Source: Candidatus Kaiserbacteria bacterium | Lineage (GTDB): Bacteria > Patescibacteriota > Minisyncoccia > Phycocordibacterales > UBA2100 | Assembly: GCA_016186765.1 (NCBI GenBank) | Contig: JACPLD010000001.1 | Coordinates: forward strand, 1 to 40,559 | DNA length: 40,559 nt | Reading direction: 5' to 3' | Part shown: positions 8,250-16,536 of the stretch, one piece after another | Position numbering within the stretch: the stretch's first letter is position 1 | Layout of the letters: every line of letters begins with the position of its first letter | Notes under the pieces: generated by a model | Seen by the model: the letters and a program-made list of their open reading frames with translations, nothing else | What the model was told of the DNA's origin: nothing | Databases searched by the model: none | Made by a program: the position numbers and the translations under genes

Positions 8250-9159
8250 TCTAAGGAGGCGGAAACCCGGCATTTCGATGCATCCGCTCAGATTCCGAGA
8301 CGCGCCAAAGCGCGAGACTCTCCGCGTGCGCCGAAGGAGAGTACGCGCGATCCTCTTACTTGCGCTTGCAGCTTTTTTCGCACTCGCCGCGTACGGTGTG
8401 AGCGCGCTTTCATATCTGCCGCGTTTTTCCGTTGACCACATAGAGGTGAGCGGAGCAAACGACATTCGGGGGGAACTCGTGCGCGCGTACGTCGCAACGA
8501 AGCTTTGGGACGGCTCGCTCTCTTTCCTCTCGAAGAGCAACATTTTTCTCTATCCCCGGGCTGAAATAGAAACGGCGCTCAAGGAATTCTTTCCTCGTGT
8601 TGAGCGTGCAAAGATCTCGCGTCAAACGCTCCTTGGAAACGCCATCACCGTTTCGATAGAGGAGCGGAAGCCTTTCGGCAAGTGGTGCCCCTCGACTTCG
8701 CTCGGGGCAAGTCCGGAATCGTGTTATACGATGGACGGTGGGGGATTCATATTTGCGTTTGCCTCGACAACCCCCCGATTCGACACGATGTATGAATTCG
8801 AAGGCTCGCTTTCTTCCACAAGCCCTTCTCTAGGGCAGACCTACCTGCCGGGGCGATTCTCCGGAGTGCTCGCGCTTCTTGAGCGACTCGGCCAGGCGGG
8901 ATTTTCTCCGCAGAGAATTTCTGCCGAGAGCTCCCCTACGCAGGGAGGCGATCAGGATTTCTCGGTCGCGCTCGCAGAAGGTTTTCGGCTACGTGTTTCG
9001 TTCGGAGCGGACGTTGGTGCGATAGTGAAAAATCTTGAGCTCGTACTTTCGTCAGAGACGCTGCGAGGCAGGGAAGACGAGCTCGAGTACGTCGATCTGC
9101 GATTCGGCAATCGGGTGTATTACAAATTGAAAGGGGAAGAACAGCACAGTGTCGAATAG
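8227..9159 (+). CDS. FtsQ/DivIB-like cell division protein
   Basis: Basic N-tail, one TM helix, POTRA-like segment (IEVSGAN..ITVSIEERKP) and C-terminal EYVDLRFGNRVYYK. Start uncertain (8227 or 8278). Confidence 0.75.
   Translation: MRSGRIVDLRRRKPGISMHPLRFRDAPKRETLRVRRRRVRAILLLALAAFFALAAYGVSALSYLPRFSVDHIEVSGANDIRGELVRAYVATKLWDGSLSFLSKSNIFLYPRAEIETALKEFFPRVERAKISRQTLLGNAITVSIEERKPFGKWCPSTSLGASPESCYTMDGGGFIFAFASTTPRFDTMYEFEGSLSSTSPSLGQTYLPGRFSGVLALLERLGQAGFSPQRISAESSPTQGGDQDFSVALAEGFRLRVSFGADVGAIVKNLELVLSSETLRGREDELEYVDLRFGNRVYYKLKGEEQHSVE
8686..8709 (+). repeat. REP-like hairpin in frame within the ftsQ-like gene
   Basis: TGCCCC-TCGACTTCGCTC-GGGGCA, encoding C-PSTSLGA. Confidence 0.75.
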
Positions 9160-9161
9160 AA

Positions 9162-9196
9162 AAGAGGGGGCAGGCCAACGCGGCCGCCCCCTTCTT
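9162..9196. terminator. Bidirectional terminator hairpin
   Basis: AAGAGGGGGC-A-GGCC..GGCC-GCCCCCTTCTT between convergent genes. Confidence 0.7.
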
Positions 9197-9199
9197 CGT

Positions 9200-9400
9200 T
9201 CATGTCTTGACGACCTCCTCGGAGGTCAGACCGAGCACTTGCTCGGCTCTCGCCCGGACTTGAGGAGAAACCTGCTCCTTGCGCTCCCGAAGGATCGCTG
9301 CAATTTGCTCGTTCGCTCCCTCGCAATAAGGTTGAAACGCGATCAGAAGCATCAGCGCTCCATCAGCCGGAATCAAGACTTTCCCGTTTTTCCCCACCAC
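9200..9400 (-). CDS. Small hypothetical protein (66 aa)
   Basis: GTG start preceded by AGAGGAGG SD; consensus promoter upstream and terminator downstream. Confidence 0.7.
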   Translation of the reverse strand: MVGKNGKVLIPADGALMLLIAFQPYCEGANEQIAAILRERKEQVSPQVRARAEQVLGLTSEEVVKT

Positions 9401-9446
9401 CTGGGTCCTCCTCTAGAGTACGGAGACGGAAATTACCTCCATTGAA

Positions 9447-9475
9447 ATCATACCTTGCGCTCACCGAAGTGTCAA
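9447..9475 (-). promoter_or_regulatory. Sigma70-type promoter for the 66-aa ORF
   Basis: Minus strand TTGACA-17 nt-TATGAT. Confidence 0.75.
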
Positions 9476-9523
9476 AAGTCAGTATCCGACTGTTCCTACA
9501 TGTATATATGTATAATGCGCCGT

Positions 9524-10576
9524 ATGGCAAAAAAAGGCTCGAGCTACGCGACGCTCTATCGTAAGTATCGGCCGCAAAGCTTTACAGAAGTGCGCGGGCA
9601 GCCGCAGGTGACAGAGACGCTCGAGAAGGCGATCAAGAACAAAAAGATCGCGCATGCGTATCTCTTTTCGGGCTCGCGCGGGACGGGGAAAACCTCTGTC
9701 GCGCGCATTCTCGCCAAAGAGCTTGGTGTCTCGGAGAAAGACCTCTACGAAATAGATGCAGCCTCCAATCGTGGCATCGACGATATCAGACTTTTGCGTG
9801 AGGGCGTCTATGCAATGCCCTTCGAATCGCCGTATAAGTTTTACATCATCGACGAGGCGCACATGCTCACGAAAGATGCTTGGAACGCATTTTTAAAAAC
9901 GCTCGAGGAACCGCCCGCGCACGCCATCTTCGTCTTGGCAACCACGGAGCGCGACAAAATACCGGAGACTATTCAGTCGCGCTGCGAGATATATTCTTTC
10001 AAACAGCCGACGCGTGAGATGCTTGCCGAGATTGTCGAGGGTGTCGCGAAAAAGGAGGGATTCACACTCGAGCGCTCTGCTTCCGAACTTATCGCGCTCC
10101 TCGCCGAAGGCTCCTTTCGCGATGCGCTTGGGATTCTCCAGAAAGTGCTTGCGGTATCGGAGAATAAGAACGTTGAGGTCGCAGAGGTCGAAGCGGTAAC
10201 GGGCGCTCCGCGAGGAGAGCTCGTGCGAGCGTTGTTAGAGGGCATTGCCAAGAAGGACGCGAGCGCAGCATTGAAAGCCATACAAACCGCAGTTTCCGAG
10301 AACATGGACGCACGCACGCTTGCAAAACTTCTCATCCATCGCATGCGTGTCGTGCTCTTGATGCGCTATGCACCAGATCTTGGTGATTCACTCGCGCGAG
10401 AGCTCAGCGATTCCGACGTGGCGCTCGCCCGCTCGCTCGTCAAAGAATCCGGCGTCAACTCAGATACTCTGCGCGCGCTCCTCGCAGCATACGGGACGAT
10501 GGCCTATGCCGCGCTGCCGCACTTGCCGCTCGAGCTTGCGATAGTTGAGATTTGCAGCTCTAAGGGATCGGTATGA
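9524..10576 (+). CDS. dnaX: DNA polymerase III subunit gamma/tau (short form)
   Basis: LYRKYRPQSF, HAYLFSGSRGTGKTS, EIDAASNRGIDDIR, IIDEAHML, LKTLEEPP, TIQSRC. TATAAT 7 nt before ATG 9524. Confidence 0.95.
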   Translation: MAKKGSSYATLYRKYRPQSFTEVRGQPQVTETLEKAIKNKKIAHAYLFSGSRGTGKTSVARILAKELGVSEKDLYEIDAASNRGIDDIRLLREGVYAMPFESPYKFYIIDEAHMLTKDAWNAFLKTLEEPPAHAIFVLATTERDKIPETIQSRCEIYSFKQPTREMLAEIVEGVAKKEGFTLERSASELIALLAEGSFRDALGILQKVLAVSENKNVEVAEVEAVTGAPRGELVRALLEGIAKKDASAALKAIQTAVSENMDARTLAKLLIHRMRVVLLMRYAPDLGDSLARELSDSDVALARSLVKESGVNSDTLRALLAAYGTMAYAALPHLPLELAIVEICSSKGSV

Positions 10577-11115
10577 AAGCAATTGCGGGCATCTTTGTTC
10601 TCCTCATCGTGGTGATAGGAGCGTACCTATTGTTTGGAACACGATCTCCGAGCGTCGAAGGCGCTAGATATGCTAATGCAACATATGGCATTTCGTTCGA
10701 ATATCCGAGTGCGCACGCTTTGCAGGAAAGGGAAGTTGGCGACGCTCATCGGTATCACTACTCGATAACGCTTATCGACAAAGAAGCGCTTGCTACATTG
10801 CCGCAAAACGGTGAAGGGCCTCCGACCATCAGTGTCGATATATTCCAGAATAATTTGGACCAACTCTCGATCGAGCAGTGGGTGCGCGGAACGAACTTCT
10901 CGAACTTTAAACTTTCACCGGATGGTCTGCTCGCCTCAACGACTGTCGCGGGCGTTCCCGCACTCTCCTACACGTGGGATGGTCTTTATCGCGGCGAAAG
11001 CACGGTATTTACGCACAAAGACAACGTCATCATGCTGTCCGTTACCTACCTCTCGCGCGACGACCAGATTCGCGCAGACTTCGCCCGCGTACTTTCAAGC
11101 TTGACCTTGTTCTAG
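10573..11115 (+). CDS. Membrane-anchored exported protein, PsbP-like fold suspected
   Basis: N-terminal hydrophobic anchor, Y.N..YGISFEYP motif, C-terminal F..VLSSLTL; ATGA overlap with dnaX. Confidence 0.7.
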   Translation: MKAIAGIFVLLIVVIGAYLLFGTRSPSVEGARYANATYGISFEYPSAHALQEREVGDAHRYHYSITLIDKEALATLPQNGEGPPTISVDIFQNNLDQLSIEQWVRGTNFSNFKLSPDGLLASTTVAGVPALSYTWDGLYRGESTVFTHKDNVIMLSVTYLSRDDQIRADFARVLSSLTLF

Positions 11116-11248
11116 CTGGGGGACAAGGATGTCTGGGAAACCCACGGTTTTCCCATTCCTTCCTCCACGGAGAACTCCCGTTCCCCGACCCCTTCCCAAT
11201 CCAAGCCCCGCAAAATTCACGGAGCTCATTTTGCTGGGGGACATGGAT
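11115..11248. repeat. Duplication of the tRNA-Gln 3' end flanking a 102-bp hairpin-rich spacer
   Basis: GCTGGGGGACAAGGAT (11115-11130) vs GCTGGGGGACATGGAT (11233-11248), 15/16 identical. Confidence 0.75.
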
Positions 11249-11304
11249 TCGAACCATGATTAACGGCTCCAAAGGCCGCTGTCCTACCGTTAGACGATCC
11301 CCCA
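11234..11304 (-). tRNA. tRNA-Gln (anticodon UUG), CCA not encoded
   Basis: Reverse complement TGGGGGATCGTCTAACGGTAGGACA-GCGGC CT TTG GA GCCGT-TAATCATGGTTCGAATCCATGTCCCCCAG. Confidence 0.95.
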
Positions 11305-11382
11305 AACTCCCTAACGATAGCAGCAGATAGTCAAAGAATGAAGTCGCTCGTTTATCAGAGACTAAATGATAAGATTGTCTCC

Positions 11383-11487
11383 ATGTCTGAGCGGCCACCT
11401 CAAACGGCGCGACCGCTTTATCTTTTCAAGTTCAACATGAAGAGGTTTGACATCGCGGGCTTGAAGAAAGCGTACGAGCAAGGATGA
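11383..11487 (+). CDS. Possible 34-aa microprotein MSERPPQTARPLYLFKFNMKRFDIAGLKKAYEQG
   Basis: TAAGAT 7 nt before ATG, matching the leaderless pattern in this window; no homology recognised. Confidence 0.35.
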   Translation: MSERPPQTARPLYLFKFNMKRFDIAGLKKAYEQG

Positions 11488-11507
11488 GCAGTTTCGAATT
11501 CGCGCGG

Positions 11508-11536
11508 TTGACAAGGACTTCTCTTTCTGGTACCTT
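11508..11536 (+). promoter_or_regulatory. Sigma70-type promoter upstream of the DEAD-box helicase
   Basis: TTGACA-17 nt-TACCTT. Confidence 0.7.
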
Positions 11537-11541
11537 TGCAT

Positions 11542-11678
11542 GGTCTGACATTCTCTATTGGTTTTTTGTCTTGGGAGATCCAAGGCCGCCGCAAAGCTTA
11601 GGCGTGAACCTATCCCGAGATCGTTCGACAATATTTTAGGGGCCAATCAGGCCCAAAGCCCGTACATCGGGCATACAT
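11542..11678 (+). ncRNA. Candidate structured 5' leader of the helicase mRNA
   Basis: Nested pairings GGTCTGA/TCAGGCC, TTGGTTTTT/AGGGGCCAA, TCTTGGGA/TCCCGAGA, CGCC/GGCG, then hairpin GCCCG-TACAT-CGGGC before ATG. Confidence 0.5.
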
Positions 11679-12934
<1,256 letters not shown>

Positions 12935-12938
<4 letters not shown>

Positions 12939-12978
12939 TTCGACGATTCGATAAACTCACCGCAAGCAAGCTCACTAC
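12935..12978 (+). repeat. Nested intergenic copies of the TCGACAAGCTC repeat
   Basis: GTAATTCGAC[GATTCGATAAACTCACCGCAAGC]AAGCTCACTAC. Confidence 0.7.
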
Positions 12979-12982
12979 AACT

Positions 12983-13132
12983 ATGTCGAAGAATTTCTAC
13001 AAGGACGGCAAATGGATAGACAACCCGAACGAGGTGGTAGTGGTCGTGTGCGAATGCGGCAACAAGTACATCAAAACGCGCGAGGAGCAGACTGCGTGCC
13101 TCCGCTGCTTCGTCAAAAGAAAGCATGAGTAG
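12983..13132 (+). CDS. 49-aa putative zinc-binding microprotein
   Basis: MSKNFYKDGKWIDNPNEVVVVVCECGNKYIKTREEQTACLRCFVKRKHE; CxC..CxxC; fills the gap between the helicase and the next ORF. Confidence 0.7.
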   Translation: MSKNFYKDGKWIDNPNEVVVVVCECGNKYIKTREEQTACLRCFVKRKHE

Positions 13133-13406
13133 GCCTGCGCGCATTCGCGATGACGCGCCGAAGCGGGAAAAATTCGATTTCCAGAAAATGAAGGCTGCCG
13201 CCGCCAACAAGGATCCTGCTGTGCGGAAGCAGGCGTTCATCGAATATTTTGAGCGGTTCGCGGAATTTCCCTCGTACCTCTTCGACAACGAGCAAAAAAT
13301 TGATGACCGTCTCCTCGAAACAATGCAGGACCTTCTCAAGGATCCGGAGACGAGCAAGGAGATGCACAAGGGCATTACCGATCTCTTGGAGAGGCTTGCG
13401 TCCTGA
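13125..13406 (+). CDS. Hypothetical protein (93 aa)
   Basis: Natural charged helical composition; overlaps the upstream ORF by 8 nt. Confidence 0.75.
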   Translation: MSRPARIRDDAPKREKFDFQKMKAAAANKDPAVRKQAFIEYFERFAEFPSYLFDNEQKIDDRLLETMQDLLKDPETSKEMHKGITDLLERLAS

Positions 13407-13427
13407 AATCTCCGGTATATTTATCCT

Positions 13428-13541
13428 ATGACAAAACGTGCGAGTGTCGACATCAGGAGAAAGAAATCGCGTTCAAAGAAGACAGCGAAGCGCTTGGCGG
13501 CCAAGAAGGCCATGCTTGAGGCCAAGGGCTACAAGTGGTAA
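13428..13541 (+). CDS. 37-aa highly basic microprotein
   Basis: MTKRASVDIRRKKSRSKKTAKRLAAKKAMLEAKGYKW; TATATT 6 nt before ATG. Confidence 0.65.
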   Translation: MTKRASVDIRRKKSRSKKTAKRLAAKKAMLEAKGYKW

Positions 13542-13651
13542 GCGGTGCTGGAAACGGCCGACGCTACGACGATGCTGGGAACACAGGCTGATAATCAGAT
13601 TGCTCTGTCGATTGTAGACGATAGAGCACACCAGTTTGCTACACTTTCAGA

Positions 13652-14509
13652 ATGGCAGTGTCGCAGCTATTCATCTATTTCCTTTTTTTCTCTGCGGGAT
13701 TTGTTCTGGTGTCGCTCTGGAGTTTTTGGCTTTCGGTCCGGCCGCCGCAGATAACGCTGGGATTTACGCCGGATGAGTTCGGTCTTTCTGCCGAGGATGT
13801 GGTGCTCACGGCTGACGACGGCGCGAAGCTCGCAGCGTGGTTTATTGGAGAAGGAGCGGGAGAGAGCAAACGTGCAATCATACTTCTGCATGGCTACCCG
13901 GCGGAGAAATCTGACATGCTCAGTGTGGCTCGCGCGCTTCACCCCGAGTTCGCCGTCCTTCTCATGGATTTGCGCTCGTTCGGAGAGAGCGAGGGCGCCT
14001 ACACGACGCTGGGACTTAAGGAGTCTCGCGATGTCGCCAAGGCACTCGATTTTCTTACCGAGAGAGGTTACGGGCATATCGGGATATTTGGCTTCTCGCT
14101 TGGCGGCTCAACGGCGCTCCTCGCGGCGGCAGAGGATTCGCGTCCTCTCGCAGTCGCGAGCTATGGGGCGTTCGCCGATCTGCGGATGCTTGGTCACGAG
14201 ACATACCGCTCTCTTCTGGTTCTTAAGTATCCATTGGTGGCTCTCATGGAGCTGTGGGCGCGCCTCCTCTTTGGCGAATGGGCAGACCCCGCGGCGCCCG
14301 TCGGCGCCGCAGAGCGGCTCACGATCCCCGTTCTCATCATTCACAACAGGGAGGACGAGCAAATATCGTTCACCCATGCGGAGCGTCTCCGCGAAGCGCT
14401 CTCGAATAACGAAGCGGCCGAGTTCTACGATGTAAAAGAAGGGCGGCACGGAGTGCTCCCTGCCGATTTTGAGCAGCGGGTGAAAGCGTTCTTTGTGAAG
14501 TCGCTCTGA
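13652..14509 (+). CDS. Membrane-anchored alpha/beta hydrolase
   Basis: LLHGY, DLRSFGES, GFSLGG nucleophile elbow, Asp (REDEQI) and His (GRHG). Confidence 0.9.
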   Translation: MAVSQLFIYFLFFSAGFVLVSLWSFWLSVRPPQITLGFTPDEFGLSAEDVVLTADDGAKLAAWFIGEGAGESKRAIILLHGYPAEKSDMLSVARALHPEFAVLLMDLRSFGESEGAYTTLGLKESRDVAKALDFLTERGYGHIGIFGFSLGGSTALLAAAEDSRPLAVASYGAFADLRMLGHETYRSLLVLKYPLVALMELWARLLFGEWADPAAPVGAAERLTIPVLIIHNREDEQISFTHAERLREALSNNEAAEFYDVKEGRHGVLPADFEQRVKAFFVKSL

Positions 14510-14564
14510 ATGTTCATGCGACTCAGCATTTTGTATACTGCGGTATTATTCTCATTGAATGCAT

Positions 14565-14936
14565 ATGATCGCACACACGACGCTTCCAGTTTCTGATTAT
14601 AAAAGATCTAAGCAATTTTACGTCAGCGCGCTCGAGCCGCTCGGGTACACGAACAACATGGAGTATGGCGAGGCAGCCGGCTTCAACGACGGCAAGAATA
14701 CCGACTTTTGGATTTCGGGGCAAAAGAAAGTTGTTCCGACGCATATTGCGTTTGAAGCGAAAAGCAAGGACGAAGTGGAGCATTTCTTTAAGGCGGCGCT
14801 TGCTGCGGGCGCAAAGGATAATGGCGCGCCTGGATATCGCAGGGACTACTGGCCGGGATACTACGCAGCGTTCGTTCGAGACGTCGATGGTCACAACATC
14901 GAAGCGGTCTGGTATGATTACAGTCAGGCGAAGTAG
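14565..14936 (+). CDS. VOC/glyoxalase family protein
   Basis: HTTLPVSDY..SKQFY, HIAFEA, GAKDNGAPG, YYAAFVRDVDGHNIEAV. Confidence 0.92.
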   Translation: MIAHTTLPVSDYKRSKQFYVSALEPLGYTNNMEYGEAAGFNDGKNTDFWISGQKKVVPTHIAFEAKSKDEVEHFFKAALAAGAKDNGAPGYRRDYWPGYYAAFVRDVDGHNIEAVWYDYSQAK

Positions 14937-14970
14937 AAGGACGAGAAAGAAGATTTGATACACTGTAACA

Positions 14971-15147
14971 ATGGCAAAGACAGAGTCGCGGGTACAGCTA
15001 AGAGAAAGTGATCCGGCCCCAGCATTTGAGCTACAGGGCACGCGGGCAGACACTCTGAATTTCAGCGTCAACAAATTGACGCCCGAGGAGCTTGAGCTCA
15101 CCTACATGGATCGTGGCGGAGTCCTTCGATTCACGAAAGTCCAGTAA
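14971..15147 (+). pseudogene. 58-aa probable chimeric ORF (redoxin N-terminus fused to an unrelated C-terminus)
   Basis: MAKTESRVQLRESDPAPAFELQGT parallels the start of 15877 (MVKTASFSRMQQGDAAPAFSLAG), then switches to DTLNFSVNKLTPEELELTYMDRGGVLRFTKVQ; TACACT 6 nt before ATG. Confidence 0.55.
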
Positions 15148-15231
15148 TTGTAGACTCGATACGAGTTTTGTTGTATAGTGCAGGTCGGCCTTAGGCGCGA
15201 TAGGCGCTTAAGTGCGAAGAAGGAGGATGCC

Positions 15232-15786
15232 ATGAAAAGCCTTTTGTTTCGCTGCGTCGTTGCAGCGATTGCGCTCACATGCGTGGGCGCACCCTACAGT
15301 GCTCGCGCAGGAGACCCGGTAGAAGTCTACCGGCAAGGCGAGCAGCTCGATTTCGGTCTGGCCGAGAAGCGTTTTGCCTGCCGCAACTTCCAGCTTGTCA
15401 CCGACTTCGTCACGTCCGTCCGCGACAAGTTTGGTGGTGACAAGGGCCTCGAAATGCTTTGGAGCCCGGTCCAGCGTGTCTCAAATGACGGCACGCTTGT
15501 GCTTAGTCCCGAACTCGAAGCGAAGCTGCCAGACCTGGCTGAGGCGGTGCATAATTTTTGCATCACGGCGCCGCCAAAAGTTATCGTTCTGGGAGCGTTC
15601 GACTACATCAAAGTCGGCAAGACCGATGAGGCAGTCGTAACGTTGGTACTTGATTCCCATGGTCAAGCATGGGCTCTCTACTACCTGAACATCAGGGTTG
15701 TGACGCCGCTTCCTGGGAGTGAGGATGCCAAGCGTTACGGGGCGATACTGGATTTCCTGGCTGCCCCATCGGCTCAGGAACACTAA
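15232..15786 (+). CDS. Secreted hypothetical protein (184 aa)
   Basis: AGGAGG SD, signal peptide ending ARA, own promoter (TATAGT) and terminator. Confidence 0.75.
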   Translation: MKSLLFRCVVAAIALTCVGAPYSARAGDPVEVYRQGEQLDFGLAEKRFACRNFQLVTDFVTSVRDKFGGDKGLEMLWSPVQRVSNDGTLVLSPELEAKLPDLAEAVHNFCITAPPKVIVLGAFDYIKVGKTDEAVVTLVLDSHGQAWALYYLNIRVVTPLPGSEDAKRYGAILDFLAAPSAQEH

Positions 15787-15802
15787 AGCATCTCTTCGAG
15801 GA

Positions 15803-15835
15803 GCCGGCGCGCAGCGCGCCGGCCCTTGTTTTTTT
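15803..15835 (+). terminator. Rho-independent terminator
   Basis: GCCGGCGCGC-A-GCGCGCCGGC followed by a T tract. Confidence 0.85.
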
Positions 15836-15876
15836 AAAAGTCTACCACTTATTTCGATGTGTGCGATGATGAGAAT

Positions 15877-16473
15877 ATGGTAAAAACGGCATCATTCAGC
15901 AGGATGCAACAGGGAGACGCAGCGCCGGCATTTTCGCTCGCTGGCATCGACGGGCGGACGTACTCGCTTGAGGACTTTCGCGGCAAGAAAGGTATCTTTG
16001 TGCTTTTCATGTGCAATCACTGTCCGTACGTGAAGGCGCGAATGGACGAGGTTGTATCACTCCACCAAGAGTTTGGCGAGCGAATCGCGTTTGTCAGCAT
16101 CAACGCGAGCGATCCGGATTATTCCGGAGAGGGGTTGGAGAACATGAAAGCGTTTGCGAAGGAACGAGAGATGACCTTTCCATACCTGATGGACGAGGAC
16201 GGTGCTGTTGCAAAAGCATACGGTGCCACGTGCACGCCCGATCCGTTCCTTTTCGAGGCTTCGACAAGCTCAGCCTCGACCCTGAGCGGAGTCGAATGGG
16301 TCAATGCGGAAGGGAAGCTCGTGTTCCATGGGAAGCTCGTGGACGCTCTCGAGCCGCAAGACGTGGTCCATGAGCACACGATGCACGAGAACATGCGAAA
16401 GCTTCTCGCAGGCGAGCCGATCGAGCCGTGGTTCGACCCGAGCGTAGGCTGCTCCATCAAATTCAAATCATAG
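15877..16473 (+). CDS. Thioredoxin-fold (AhpC/TSA, redoxin) family protein
   Basis: APAFSL, FMCNHCPYV, FPYLMDE, YGATCTPDPFLF, SVGCSIK. Confidence 0.92.
   Translation: MVKTASFSRMQQGDAAPAFSLAGIDGRTYSLEDFRGKKGIFVLFMCNHCPYVKARMDEVVSLHQEFGERIAFVSINASDPDYSGEGLENMKAFAKEREMTFPYLMDEDGAVAKAYGATCTPDPFLFEASTSSASTLSGVEWVNAEGKLVFHGKLVDALEPQDVVHEHTMHENMRKLLAGEPIEPWFDPSVGCSIKFKS
16253..16302. repeat. Two oppositely oriented REP-like hairpins in frame in the redoxin gene
   Basis: TCGAGGCT-TCGACAAGCTC-AGCCTCGA, then GACCC-TGAGCGGAGTCGAAT-GGGTC; encodes EASTSSASTLSGVEWV. Confidence 0.85.
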
Positions 16474-16536
16474 GAAAGGGTGAGGAGCAGGGGGCACGCT
16501 TTGACACTGCACTACCTGCTTGCTAGCGTGCCTTGA

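Noticed and set aside
6960-10576. Alternative genetic code (TGA = Gly)
   Set aside because: serS and dnaX end at TGA at expected lengths, and conserved genes have no in-frame TGA.
13601-13628. Hairpin TGCTCTGTCG/CGATAGAGCA as an ncRNA
   Set aside because: A single 10-bp stem with no other recognisable motif; at most a weak terminator.
16474-16536. Lysine riboswitch before lysC
   Set aside because: Only 63 bp, occupied by a TTGACA-17-TAGCGT promoter next to the start codon.
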